From positions 44,682 through 108,681 of the forward strand of contig CAZUTV010000001.1 in NCBI GenBank assembly GCA_964623495.1: 64,000 nt of DNA, read 5' to 3'. The notes below the pieces were generated by a model that worked only from the letters and a program-made list of their open reading frames with translations, was not told the DNA's origin and did no database searches. Of the stretch, positions 47,163-56,946 are shown piece by piece; within the stretch, counting starts at the first letter, position 1; each line of letters opens with the position of its first letter. A program made the translations under genes and the position numbers. This DNA is from Candidatus Woesearchaeota archaeon (GTDB lineage Archaea; Nanobdellota; Nanobdellia; Pacearchaeales; GW2011-AR1).

Positions 47163-48968
47163 TTACAAAACAATTTCAAATTCTCCAAACTCTTTTTTTA
47201 TAAGGTCAAATAGTTTAGGATTAACTGCAAGATCTTTCCTTGTCTTTTGGTGCTCCATGGCCTCAGAAACTTCTTTCATATTTGAGGTTTCTATCTTGTC
47301 TGTTATTTTTTTAATTTCATTACCAATAAACAAAAAGCAGTTTCCTCCGGAAATCAAGAGTTCGGCAGTCCTGTCCTTAAAGATTATCTTCATCCTTCCC
47401 TTTTCAACACCCAATAGATCCTTTCTCTGAGAGAAATCAATAAGATCGTTCATAAGGATTGCAGATCCTTTTCTTACATCATCTGCTTTCTGCAGGCTTA
47501 GCTTCGCTTTCTTTGACTCTGTCTTGGCAGCAACTATCTCTTTAAGAATTCTTAGGTGTTGCTGCGTAAACTTGCCTTTCTTAACAAGCTTATTTTCAAA
47601 CTCATGCACAATATCCTGCTGTGAATTCTTTCCAGTAACTATCTTCAAAAGCTCAAAAACATCCTTATACACTTGATCTATGGTTTTTTCCTGCGCCTGC
47701 TTTTCAATCTGATCTCTTAACTCCTTAAGTCTTTTAAGATAATCCTCTGTATCTTTAAGCAGCTTATCAATTTCTTTTCCAGAAACTTCCTTTATCTTCT
47801 CGTGTTCATATCCCTTATAATACTTAATTGTAATCTCTTCAAGAATGTCAATGTATTTTTTTTCAAGCATCTTTTCCTTGTCAACAAAAACCCTCTTCAT
47901 TTCCTTAAAAGTTTCTTTTGTTGTTGGGGGAGGCATCCCATACAGCATTAACAAAGCCTGGCTTGGGGTTATAACACTCCAGTAAATATCCAATAACAGA
48001 ATATCCATTAAAGCCTTCTTAGCTCTCTTAATTGTGTTGTCTCCTGCAGACATGAACATGTCAATAGCTTCTGGAGAAGGTTTAAGCTTCCCCATTTTTA
48101 ATAATGCTTTCCATGGCATAAAGGTAGCTCGATCATAAAGAGGAACTCCGTCTCTTATAAATGTAAAAATAACCGGATGGGCATCCTTGACACTCTCCCA
48201 AAAGTCAGTCAAAAGATAAACTTGGATGTTAAGCATGTTGTTTTTGACTCCTGCAAGAGCAGCAGCCTCTGTCACATACTGGCCGACAATCATGCTCCTA
48301 AGCCTTTCCTTTAATTCAAGTCTTGGCATTCTCTTAACATCAGTATCATTAATGACAACAAAAACATCAACATCAGAGCTTTTTACAGTATCTCCTCTTA
48401 CAAAGCTTCCTGCAATAACGTAGCTTACAACATACTTGTCAAATTTCCTTAAAACAAGGGATTTGTGTATTTCAGCAACTCTTAAGCCTTGAAGTATTCC
48501 GGTATCATGAATTGGAAGAGACATTGCAATGGCGCCGATAAGCTCGAATTTGCTGTCAAAACAGATCTCCCATAAATCCACAGGAGTCTTAATCTGAAGC
48601 CAGATCTTTTGCTTAAGCTTTTCCTGCGTCAATTCAACTTGTTTAATGATTTCCTGCTTTATCTTTGGAATATTCTTAAATTGTTCTTCAGGAACCACCA
48701 TATACAAATGCAGGTATTTTTCAGTTTCCTTAGGAACTTCTTCCTCCTCAATAAAAAACTTAATTGCCTGGTTGTGAAGAATGCTTATGGATTGTGTGAA
48801 AGGATATTTTTTAACAATAAATCCTTTCAACTTATCCAGCTCTTTTCTTGTTTTCTCCATCTCTTTCTGCAGTTTTTCCTGATCGGGAGGCAATATATTT
48901 TTAGAACTATATTTATTATCCAGATTCATTTCAGGAATGTCTTGAGGAGAGTTATCATTCGAGGACAT
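47163..48968 (-). CDS. Pol-beta-superfamily nucleotidyltransferase with N- and C-terminal coiled-coil extensions (paralogue of 42207-43196)
   Basis: VIAGSFVRGDTVKSSDVDVFVVINDTD; shared downstream region PWKALLKMGKLKPSPEAI. Confidence 0.6.
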   Translation of the reverse strand: MSSNDNSPQDIPEMNLDNKYSSKNILPPDQEKLQKEMEKTRKELDKLKGFIVKKYPFTQSISILHNQAIKFFIEEEEVPKETEKYLHLYMVVPEEQFKNIPKIKQEIIKQVELTQEKLKQKIWLQIKTPVDLWEICFDSKFELIGAIAMSLPIHDTGILQGLRVAEIHKSLVLRKFDKYVVSYVIAGSFVRGDTVKSSDVDVFVVINDTDVKRMPRLELKERLRSMIVGQYVTEAAALAGVKNNMLNIQVYLLTDFWESVKDAHPVIFTFIRDGVPLYDRATFMPWKALLKMGKLKPSPEAIDMFMSAGDNTIKRAKKALMDILLLDIYWSVITPSQALLMLYGMPPPTTKETFKEMKRVFVDKEKMLEKKYIDILEEITIKYYKGYEHEKIKEVSGKEIDKLLKDTEDYLKRLKELRDQIEKQAQEKTIDQVYKDVFELLKIVTGKNSQQDIVHEFENKLVKKGKFTQQHLRILKEIVAAKTESKKAKLSLQKADDVRKGSAILMNDLIDFSQRKDLLGVEKGRMKIIFKDRTAELLISGGNCFLFIGNEIKKITDKIETSNMKEVSEAMEHQKTRKDLAVNPKLFDLIKKEFGEFEIVL

Positions 48969-49022
48969 ATTAAAAAAATGAGAGTTATGCTTTTAAATGT
49001 TACTGATAAAAGGTGCAATTCT

Positions 49023-49298
49023 TTATTTTCCCCAGCTCCATCTTGGTTTCTCTCCCTTCTTATAGCATATCCTTATAAGAACAACTGTTAAGAGCAATAT
49101 TGGCAAGATAAATGTAAAGAATACTTCTAAAGCAGAAGAGCTTTCATCAATAGTAAGAGAAAATAAAACTAATGCCAAGACATAAACCCCTACGACTAGC
49201 CATCCCTGCCATTTTACAGGAACCCATCCCCACCCATAAAGCTTTCTTTTAAACCAGTAGCCTTTCGGGTTGTCTTTTAGATATTGGAAGTAGTTCAT
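49023..49298 (-). CDS. small membrane protein
   Basis: ORF plus TM. Confidence 0.35.
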   Translation of the reverse strand: MNYFQYLKDNPKGYWFKRKLYGWGWVPVKWQGWLVVGVYVLALVLFSLTIDESSSALEVFFTFILPILLLTVVLIRICYKKGEKPRWSWGK

Positions 49299-49301
49299 AA
49301 T

Positions 49302-49499
49302 TTACATTCCTAAAAACTTCATTAGATGATATACTACAAAAGCCGGCCAGACTAATGCCTTTAGCACTCCAAGAACTCCATCCCAAAATCCTGCTGCAGT
49401 TGACAAGTTATAAACAAGTGCTCCTACAAAACCCAAGCCGTAAAAAGCTCCCCCACAACCGCCTCCGCAGCCCGCAAATTTATTTTTTGCCATTTTCAT
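49302..49499 (-). CDS. small membrane protein with CGGGCGG motif
   Basis: ORF plus TM. Confidence 0.3.
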   Translation of the reverse strand: MKMAKNKFAGCGGGCGGAFYGLGFVGALVYNLSTAAGFWDGVLGVLKALVWPAFVVYHLMKFLGM

Positions 49500-49549
49500 A
49501 AAGATAACTATATCCCAGAATTTATAAATCTAACATAAATTCAATAATC

Positions 49550-49909
49550 CTAATCTTGAATAAACAAACTATGCAAGAAAATAAAGAGAATTACAAGAAT
49601 GCTTATTGCAATTGACAAATAAATCCAGCCAGATTTATCCTTATTTTTTATTAAAGCCACCATGCCAAATACAAGAGCAATAATCGGCAAGGGAAAAACA
49701 ATAGCCACAGCAACATCCCACCACTTATCCCCATAATCAAGGATATTAAAAATGGGAGCTAAGAATATAGAAATAATAATTGCTACCAAGAAAAAAATAT
49801 TCAATCCAACACTCCACTTACCTAATTTTGTCTTGGGTTTTGTTTTCATGATATTATATAAGTAAATTCTCTTTATAAACATGGCCCTAATCGGAATAAA
49901 ATTCCTCAA
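49550..49909 (-). CDS. 3-TM membrane protein
   Basis: ORF plus TM. Confidence 0.4.
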   Translation of the reverse strand: MRNFIPIRAMFIKRIYLYNIMKTKPKTKLGKWSVGLNIFFLVAIIISIFLAPIFNILDYGDKWWDVAVAIVFPLPIIALVFGMVALIKNKDKSGWIYLSIAISILVILFIFLHSLFIQD

Positions 49910-49919
49910 AGTCCCATTT

Positions 49920-49990
49920 ACTCCGTAAATGGCCCTAAGCAGGATCGAACTGCTGACTACTCGGTGTAAACGAGTCGTTTTGCCACTAGA
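49920..49990 (-). tRNA. tRNA-Val (UAC)
   Basis: Perfect acceptor GGCCCTA/TAGGGCC, anticodon loop TTTACAC, T-arm AGCAG-TTCGATC-CTGCT. Confidence 0.85.
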
Positions 49991-50169
49991 CTATAGGGCC
50001 TGAAAACCTGCGGTTTTCGATCCATGAAGCAACTTCCTTTCTTTGCCTCTGATGGAAGTTTTGATCCCGAAAACCTACAGATGTAAAACATAAAAACACC
50101 TTTTAAAACTTACTAAAACAAGTAAACTGAAAAATCAGAAAAAAATAGAAAAAAGAAAAATAAAAAAGC

Positions 50170-50505
50170 CTAATTTTTAGCAATTGCGAATACGTTCTTT
50201 ATTGCAACTATTATTGTTGCAGGAACAAAAATTGCTAGTAAAGTTTGTAGCATTCCATCCAATCTTGGAACTTGTGCAGTCACAGTTTGTCCAAGTGCAG
50301 AGGCAATAATCAATACAATTCCAGACATAAGGAATGGCTGAACTTCTTTGTCAGCTACATTCAAAAGGCCGATGATTATACCAACAGCAATAAGGATGTA
50401 AAGCCATGTAGGATTCATTACATTAAGCAATCCAAGCAGCAATGCAAGAATTACTCCTATAAGAAATGCCCAGCTTCCAATAAAACTCCCTTTGCCTTTA
50501 GCCAT
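50170..50505 (-). CDS. 3-TM membrane protein
   Basis: ORF plus TM. Confidence 0.4.
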   Translation of the reverse strand: MAKGKGSFIGSWAFLIGVILALLLGLLNVMNPTWLYILIAVGIIIGLLNVADKEVQPFLMSGIVLIIASALGQTVTAQVPRLDGMLQTLLAIFVPATIIVAIKNVFAIAKN

Positions 50506-50629
50506 AGTCCACCTCCTTTCTACCTCTTTAATAATATTCTAATCAAATTTCAGTTTAAATACTTTTTTATTATACTTCCTAAAAGAACAGTAAAACAATT
50601 AGAATAAGAATAAAAAAATAAAAATAAAA

Positions 50630-51115
50630 TTAAGGAACTCTTCCTGAAATTGTTCCGCTTGCCTGCTGTGTTATCCCTCCAGCTCCTGCAGTGAAGTAAA
50701 CAGTAACATCGCCGTTAAACCTGGTGTCTGAAGTTAAAGCGGTTCCGTCGCATGCAACTGTCAAAGCTCCGGTTAAAGTTCCGTCAGCAACAGGACCAAC
50801 ATCTGCAAAGGTATCGGTTGCAGAATTAGTGCATCCTTCAATCTCTATATTTGAGATTGTTACTGCATCGCCAACACCATTCCTAAATTCTATCTGGATA
50901 TTTCCGGGTACTGGAGCAGCAGATATAGCCATACCTTCTGGATCAAATGGCTGGCTTAGAGTAAATCTATTTCCAGCAAGGTTTCCAGGACTTCCTATAA
51001 TATACCATAAAACTCCTACAACAATGATTGCAGCTAAAATTGCCCAACCATAAGTCATAAGAAACTCCATGGCCGCCTGTCCTCTTTTTCTTATCATAAT
51101 CATACCTCCTTTCAT
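50630..51115 (-). CDS. archaeal type IV pilin-like protein (class III signal peptide)
   Basis: IRKRGQAAMEFLMTYGWAILAAIIVVGVL; Gly/Thr-rich beta domain. Confidence 0.6.
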   Translation of the reverse strand: MKGGMIMIRKRGQAAMEFLMTYGWAILAAIIVVGVLWYIIGSPGNLAGNRFTLSQPFDPEGMAISAAPVPGNIQIEFRNGVGDAVTISNIEIEGCTNSATDTFADVGPVADGTLTGALTVACDGTALTSDTRFNGDVTVYFTAGAGGITQQASGTISGRVP

Positions 51116-51159
51116 CAGGTCAAATAAATCTTAACCTCTTATAATTTTATTATGGAAAA

Positions 51160-51177
51160 TTAGTATTTAAACATTTC
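51160..51177 (-). promoter_or_regulatory. BRE/TATA element (GAAATGTTTAAATACTAA on minus strand)
   Basis: About 50 nt upstream of pilin start 51115. Confidence 0.4.
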
Positions 51178-51187
51178 TCCCCATTTA

Positions 51188-52180
51188 CTAAGGAGTTAAT
51201 ATTCTACTAACCTGATATTTAATGTGATGCCTTACTGGTTCTGTGTCATCAATCCTAAACCACGATTGCATTCCAAAAACTCCCGAATGATGTATGTCTA
51301 TTTCTGTAAAATAAATATAATCTATGCAGGATTTTGTCATTACCGGAACGTCCTGTATTCTGAGCTCATCAATATTGACAAAACTCTCAATGCCGTTAGG
51401 ATCCGAAGAAAGATCTCCTTCAAGCCTTTTCAGAAAGCTCGGGGCATAAGTATTCTCCGCATAATATCCTTTATTAACGTGATCTTTTAGATTTGTAACA
51501 TCTCCTAACTCAGTCACATAATTTTCCTCATAAAAAGTTTTAGTTATCTTCCTCGATACTCTCCCTCCAGTATTCACAACAAACAAAGGATCTTCGAACT
51601 CAGTTATTGGAATATATGCAGAGATTACTTGCCTTTTGTCCCACCTAGCAAGACCTTCTTTATCTTCCATCACAAAATCAGAAATAAGGGAGAACTTAAC
51701 ATGCCACGGATCATCCTGGCTTACATTTATTATAGAATTGCTTATGTTAACCCGGACATTAATTTTCGCAGCATTTCTGTTTATAGAATCAAGAACATCT
51801 GCATAAGTCACTCCCTGAATGAGGCTTATATTTGCTTCTCCTTTAACTGTACCATTAAAAAATGCTTCGCTGAAAAAAGTATCTACATCAATATAATCCC
51901 CGGAAACCGCAATCTCGTTCTCTGCTACAAGAAGAATCCTAAACCCAGAAATATAAACTTGTCTTTCTAGATTCTTTTCCATTGAAAAAAGAAAATTATC
52001 CATTGTAGAAACTCTGGTAGTTATAGAATTTTTTTCCTTTACTAGGGAAAATATTTCAAAAGAAGCAAACATAAGCAAAATGAGTAGTATAGCAATTCCC
52101 GTAAAAAATTGGGATTTTTTATTTTGAATTAAATTGAATTTCATCATTTCCATGTCCTCACCTGAACTTCTGTCTCCCAC
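51188..52180 (-). CDS. pilus-locus membrane-anchored hypothetical protein
   Basis: N-terminal TM then extracytoplasmic domain; start may be the internal MKFNL. Confidence 0.45.
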   Translation of the reverse strand: MGDRSSGEDMEMMKFNLIQNKKSQFFTGIAILLILLMFASFEIFSLVKEKNSITTRVSTMDNFLFSMEKNLERQVYISGFRILLVAENEIAVSGDYIDVDTFFSEAFFNGTVKGEANISLIQGVTYADVLDSINRNAAKINVRVNISNSIINVSQDDPWHVKFSLISDFVMEDKEGLARWDKRQVISAYIPITEFEDPLFVVNTGGRVSRKITKTFYEENYVTELGDVTNLKDHVNKGYYAENTYAPSFLKRLEGDLSSDPNGIESFVNIDELRIQDVPVMTKSCIDYIYFTEIDIHHSGVFGMQSWFRIDDTEPVRHHIKYQVSRILTP

Positions 52181-54741
52181 GCAAACGGAATTCCAGAAAC
52201 CTCGACAGAATTTATTGAAAGATCGTTCTCCGAGAACTTAGTTTCAATCTTGCCATTTAAATTAAGATCCATTTCCTGCAAAAGCTTAAAGACAGCATTG
52301 TTAATAGCATCATTTTCATCATAAGACTGTAATGACGAAGTATAAGAGCAACTGCCTGAACCAGAATAATTTGATGGAACTTTAAAAGTAGAGGTGGTCC
52401 CATCTTCAAATTCCACTTCCCATTCACATCCGTTAGCAAATGGAAGTATGGCAGTGTAAGAAGAAATTTCTTTTAAAACCGAGTAAATAACTTTGTTGTA
52501 AGGTGATCCTGCGCTAGCGTTAAAGGGATTCAGACCAACACCCACCCTTACAGAATTATTTCCCACATTAATAAGCGATGGAGGGATATTAACCATATAC
52601 GGATCTCCAAGTTTAGTAAAATTAACCCCATACTCTCCAAGATCAAAAATATTATCCCAGGTTCCGGTCACATTATTATATTTCTCAACCTTGCTCGTCC
52701 ACTTTGATCCAGAATAAGAAACAACCTTTGCGTCATAAGGGGCTGTATCATTTGGAACAAAGAAACTTCCTTGTGAAAGATTATTGTTAAATTCAGGGGT
52801 TTCTGAAACAACAACCAACCCGTATGGAATGCTTTCTTTATAGCTTATATTAATATATGAATCTGGATAAAGCCGCGTATTTATTCCTTCCCCGACAATT
52901 GTTTGTTCTACATAGGCTGCCTGAATAACATCGCTGGCAACCTGCCTATAAATGCTTTCTAGCTGGCTTACATTCACGAAATAATAGTTTCCGTGCCCGC
53001 AATTAGCGATATCTTCCATAACCTGCCGATTAATATTGCTCCCAAATCCAATTGCATAAACTTTTATAGAATAATTATTATATGCTGCACAGGCCGCATT
53101 AACTGCCCATTGTTGATCAAGAGCATCACTTATTCCCCCAGACCAATCACCTCTAGACCCTGAGCCGCTATAATCTGTATAACTATTACAATAATAGGTA
53201 GGTGCTCCATCACTCATAACAACTATCGACCTTGATTTGCTTGAATTTGACTGCGTTGCAAGCATATTTACGGCCCTATTAATACCGCAGCAAATACAGG
53301 TTCCTCCTGTTGCACTCCAAGAATCGACTTCTGCTTTAAGGCTGACATTATTAGTAGAAAGGGCATGCGTGTTTGAAAGAAGGGCGCTTGTGCTGTATGC
53401 TGCAAGACCAACCCTATTAATTGAAGAATTAAGAACAATATCCACAAATAACTTTGTTGCGTTCTTTGATTCCCCGATCTTATCTTCATAAATTCCGCCG
53501 CACTCTCCGCATCTTGTTGCATTATTAACACACCAACCACAACTAGAATTACAGCAAGAACTTCTCCCACAAGTAACCCCGCTGCATGTCGATGCCATGC
53601 TTCCGCTTATATCGTTAGTGGAAATAACATCTGCGGGCAGAGTAACATTAAAAGTATAAGAAGCATTTACAAACCCAACCCTAAAAGGAATGGTTTTGTC
53701 TTCAAGAGTCGAATAATCCAACAAGGAGGATAAATAGGCGTTATCAAGGCTAATATTTACAATTTGCCCGCTGCTATTCCCCTGATAAACAGTTTTATTT
53801 CCTATCATAAAAAATATGTCGTAAGAGCTGTTATAACGAAGTAGAGATTCTATTCTTGTTATTGTAGAGGGAATATAAAAACTATCGTATAAATTTATAA
53901 GCCCATCAATGCCTGGAAAATTTTTTCTCCCGTTAAGATAAGGAACGTTGGAATAAATTATCTTAATAAATCCTCCAGCAACGTAAAGTGTGCCATTGAA
54001 AGATTTAAATTCGAAATAATTGTCTCCACTAACAAAGTTCGAGGAATAAGGAGATAAATCTATTTTATACGGAACATTTGGATTAGGATTAAAAACCCCA
54101 ACATTCACATTATTTATAGATAGATTAAATGGTCTAGAAAAAACTCCTTCGATGTTTCCATCAATAATCTCCCCAGTAATTTTTACAGTTATATTTCCAT
54201 CACCGACATAACCACCAAAATAAAAATAATCTACTTTATTTGCAGAAGACAAAAATGCTCTTGCAGAATAGCCTTTTGTTGCGTTCCCCTGTTGAATCCC
54301 GCTGATTATCTGCCTGGAGGTATAAATTGTATCTGCATCATTATACGGACTTACTTCGGACTTTGCAATCTCGGTGTTTCCAAAATACAATCCGAGGTTT
54401 TTGCTTAGATTCAAGCCATCAAGTATAGAATCGGCAAGCATATTTGCTGCAGCATCGTTATTGGCGTAAAATTCTCCGAGTTGATCAAGAACAGACTGAT
54501 TAAGGTTAGTGATATTTCCAGAAGCAATTAACTGTTTTGCATATGAATTGTCTATTTCTCCGATTTTAATTGAAGAAAGAGAGATTATAAGGTCTTCTTG
54601 CAGATGTGTCTCGTACTGAACTTGAGAATGCTGTGGTTTTATAAAAAGAACGACCCCAAGAATCAGCAGCAGAGCTATCAAAGCATCCACGCTGAAATAG
54701 TAGGCTTTTTTATTTTTTTTAAAATTTAGCATTTTAGTCAT
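52144..54741 (-). CDS. large pilin-like adhesin with von Willebrand factor A domain
   Basis: Class-III-like N-terminus KKAYYFSVDALIALLLILGVVL; MIDAS DISGSM and IVVMSDGAPT; many Cys; about 865 aa. Confidence 0.65.
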   Translation of the reverse strand: MTKMLNFKKNKKAYYFSVDALIALLLILGVVLFIKPQHSQVQYETHLQEDLIISLSSIKIGEIDNSYAKQLIASGNITNLNQSVLDQLGEFYANNDAAANMLADSILDGLNLSKNLGLYFGNTEIAKSEVSPYNDADTIYTSRQIISGIQQGNATKGYSARAFLSSANKVDYFYFGGYVGDGNITVKITGEIIDGNIEGVFSRPFNLSINNVNVGVFNPNPNVPYKIDLSPYSSNFVSGDNYFEFKSFNGTLYVAGGFIKIIYSNVPYLNGRKNFPGIDGLINLYDSFYIPSTITRIESLLRYNSSYDIFFMIGNKTVYQGNSSGQIVNISLDNAYLSSLLDYSTLEDKTIPFRVGFVNASYTFNVTLPADVISTNDISGSMASTCSGVTCGRSSCCNSSCGWCVNNATRCGECGGIYEDKIGESKNATKLFVDIVLNSSINRVGLAAYSTSALLSNTHALSTNNVSLKAEVDSWSATGGTCICCGINRAVNMLATQSNSSKSRSIVVMSDGAPTYYCNSYTDYSGSGSRGDWSGGISDALDQQWAVNAACAAYNNYSIKVYAIGFGSNINRQVMEDIANCGHGNYYFVNVSQLESIYRQVASDVIQAAYVEQTIVGEGINTRLYPDSYINISYKESIPYGLVVVSETPEFNNNLSQGSFFVPNDTAPYDAKVVSYSGSKWTSKVEKYNNVTGTWDNIFDLGEYGVNFTKLGDPYMVNIPPSLINVGNNSVRVGVGLNPFNASAGSPYNKVIYSVLKEISSYTAILPFANGCEWEVEFEDGTTSTFKVPSNYSGSGSCSYTSSLQSYDENDAINNAVFKLLQEMDLNLNGKIETKFSENDLSINSVEVSGIPFAWETEVQVRTWK

Positions 54742-55189
54742 AAAGATAAAGATTAAATTTAGAGGGTTTATTTTTGTAAAGAACAATTCTCGTAACCTGA
54801 ACAAGATTTTCTACTTCTCCTGGGCCGGCTAAACCGACATGACTCTCTGGATTTCCTTGAATTGTCAGATTCTGAATGGTGAAATAAAAATGATTTCTAG
54901 ATCCAACAAAATTCTTCAAGCCAGAATAATTAAGGTATACTTCATCCAGCTTTGATTGATTAACCTGATTTTCATTTAGAATTCCGAATTCCCCTTCGCT
55001 TAGTATAAGATCTGCTGCAAGGTTCCCCTCATAAAAGAGCTCATCTAATTTGTTCTTTGATTGGGACGAGTAATTTACTGCATAAACATAGAGTATAACT
55101 ATCCCGGAGATAAATATTACGCTTGCTATAACCAAGTCAAAACTCCAGGTTTGTGCTCTTTTGTTTTTAATTGAGGTAAACGCTTCCAT
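54734..55189 (-). CDS. minor pilin-like protein (class III signal peptide)
   Basis: KRAQTWSFDLVIASVIFISGIVIL. Confidence 0.55.
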   Translation of the reverse strand: MEAFTSIKNKRAQTWSFDLVIASVIFISGIVILYVYAVNYSSQSKNKLDELFYEGNLAADLILSEGEFGILNENQVNQSKLDEVYLNYSGLKNFVGSRNHFYFTIQNLTIQGNPESHVGLAGPGEVENLVQVTRIVLYKNKPSKFNLYLYD

Positions 55190-55562
55190 TTTGTTTTCTT
55201 ATAAGGTTGTCTCCTTTACTTATGTTCCCAATAACTTCTGGAATTTTATAAGTAAGATGAAAATTATCCAGGCTAGCAAAAAGAAAAGTCTCTGTGATAT
55301 TTATTTTATAATTTTTGCCTAAAATGTTCTCTGGAATTTTAAATGTCCGCGAATAGCCATCAGAAGCTTCTGAAGCTATGCTTATTTCTTCCTGTGCATT
55401 TAGGGCTATATTCTGGAGCAGTATCTTCTCTTTCTCTTGGTTCTTCTCGCTTATATTGCCTTGGATGATGGTAAAAAAAGTGACAAAGAAAAAAAGAACA
55501 AACCCAAAGATTATAGCAAATTCTGCAGCACTCTGCGAGTGCTTCACCCCCTTTTTTATCAT
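55167..55562 (-). CDS. minor pilin-like protein (class III signal peptide)
   Basis: HSQSAAEFAIIFGFVLFFFV. Confidence 0.5.
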   Translation of the reverse strand: MIKKGVKHSQSAAEFAIIFGFVLFFFVTFFTIIQGNISEKNQEKEKILLQNIALNAQEEISIASEASDGYSRTFKIPENILGKNYKINITETFLFASLDNFHLTYKIPEVIGNISKGDNLIRKQNGSVYLN

Positions 55563-55755
55563 AAAAGGATATAGGAATTAAGATATATAAAATTAAGCAT
55601 TTAATTTGCAGAAGCATGGCATCCGAAGATGTCATGTCAAACACGTAAGTGCCCGAACAAGAAAAATCTCCTGCCTTCTGCAGAGATAATAAAATGCTTT
55701 TGTATTTAAATTTTTGGATAATTAGGTTTATATATTTAGATTAGTTATTTATCTT

Positions 55756-56370
55756 ATGGGAAAAGCCATAGACATCATACTGATAATCCTTATAGCAATA
55801 GTGATAATTACAATAGCAGGGGTATTTTTCTTAAACAATAATGCAGATAATTTTTTTGGCATTGACAACGATCAAACCATAAACGACGACCAGGATGTTA
55901 ACGGAGATTTTCCAACCTATCCTGATGAAGAACCAGAAAGTGAACCAAACTCTTCAGGATCAAGCTCTAGCGGAAGCAGTGGAGGCGGTGAAAGCAATCC
56001 GGGAGGAAATATAAATCCAATTACAGGATGTGCTACTTCCTCTATTTCTTACTCAATAGAAGATATAACTATAGAAGAAACCTGCAATTTTTACAATAAT
56101 GAGATATGCACAGATAAAACAGTTACCTGCTCTGCAGAGATTCACAACCTTGACTCAGAATCTGATGGAATATTCAAAGTAATACTTAAATTCATGGAAG
56201 GAGACATGGCAAATGGAATTATTCTTGAATCAAAATCCAGGGAATTTTCTGTTCCTGCAGGACAATTCGAGATATTCATGGAAACAATAAATCTTCTGGG
56301 GGAAGAAGCCGGCAAGCAACTCAACTGCTTTTACAATACCGAAGAACCTCCAAGCACAGACCCGTGTTAG
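55756..56370 (+). CDS. membrane-anchored Cys-rich extracellular protein
   Basis: N-terminal TM; Ser/Gly linker; 8 Cys. Confidence 0.4.
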   Translation: MGKAIDIILIILIAIVIITIAGVFFLNNNADNFFGIDNDQTINDDQDVNGDFPTYPDEEPESEPNSSGSSSSGSSGGGESNPGGNINPITGCATSSISYSIEDITIEETCNFYNNEICTDKTVTCSAEIHNLDSESDGIFKVILKFMEGDMANGIILESKSREFSVPAGQFEIFMETINLLGEEAGKQLNCFYNTEEPPSTDPC

Positions 56371-56822
56371 CTTATTAAAACATAGCTTTGCTTTGCTTCT
56401 AAAGTGATCTTCTTTATTCCAGGCGTGTTTGTAATGCCTCCCTGCAGAGGAACATTACTATTATAGGCTCTTTTATTGGTGGTTGTACTCACCGTCGTTG
56501 TTATAAAGATATAATCTGCATTCACTTCTATACTTTGAACGCCTTCTGGCAGATAAAGACTTATTGTTGTTTTGCTCGGCTCGCCTGCAAAAAAGACATT
56601 TTCTGCAGAGTTAATTACCTGGGTTGCAAAACTCTCTATCTGGTTAAGCCTAATTTGGTCATTAATCCTATTAGAATAGAAAAAAGCAACAGTAAGTATT
56701 GAAAGTATAGCAAAGGTTATGAATCCAACAACAATCAAATATTCAACGCCAACTTGCGAACGTTTGCACGAGGCAATCCAAACGCAGGTGCTGGCGCGAG
56801 TTGAGCCTCTTTTCTTCATCAT
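56367..56822 (-). CDS. pilin-like protein (class III signal peptide)
   Basis: SQVGVEYLIVVGFITFAILSIL. Confidence 0.5.
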   Translation of the reverse strand: MMKKRGSTRASTCVWIASCKRSQVGVEYLIVVGFITFAILSILTVAFFYSNRINDQIRLNQIESFATQVINSAENVFFAGEPSKTTISLYLPEGVQSIEVNADYIFITTTVSTTTNKRAYNSNVPLQGGITNTPGIKKITLEAKQSYVLIS

Positions 56823-56878
56823 TTTTTATTTTTAAAAAGGTTTATTTATTGTAGATACTTGGTTTTAGAAACCTTTTT

Positions 56879-56895
56879 TGAAAAGGTTTATATAA
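56879..56895 (+). promoter_or_regulatory. BRE/TATA element GAAAAGGTTTATATAAC embedded in a palindrome
   Basis: About 50 nt upstream of ATG 56947. Confidence 0.35.
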
Positions 56896-56946
56896 CTACA
56901 CTCCTATTTAGAAATGAAGAATATATAAACATTTTTAATAAACATA

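Noticed and set aside
21227-51177. ACTAGTATTTAAACcTTTC motif copies as a mobile repeat
   Set aside because: Every copy sits 50-80 nt upstream of a highly expressed-looking minus-strand gene, or in the one long gap. The core is a consensus BRE + TTTAAATA TATA box, so promoter is the simpler reading.
53237-53570. ORFs 53237-53491 (+) and 53268-53570 (-)
   Set aside because: Inside the vWA adhesin gene.
56859-56946. Track-predicted N-terminal extensions using TTG/GTG as Met, here and at 40394 and 37370
   Set aside because: They run through promoter or hairpin sequence. In-frame ATGs with better context lie downstream.
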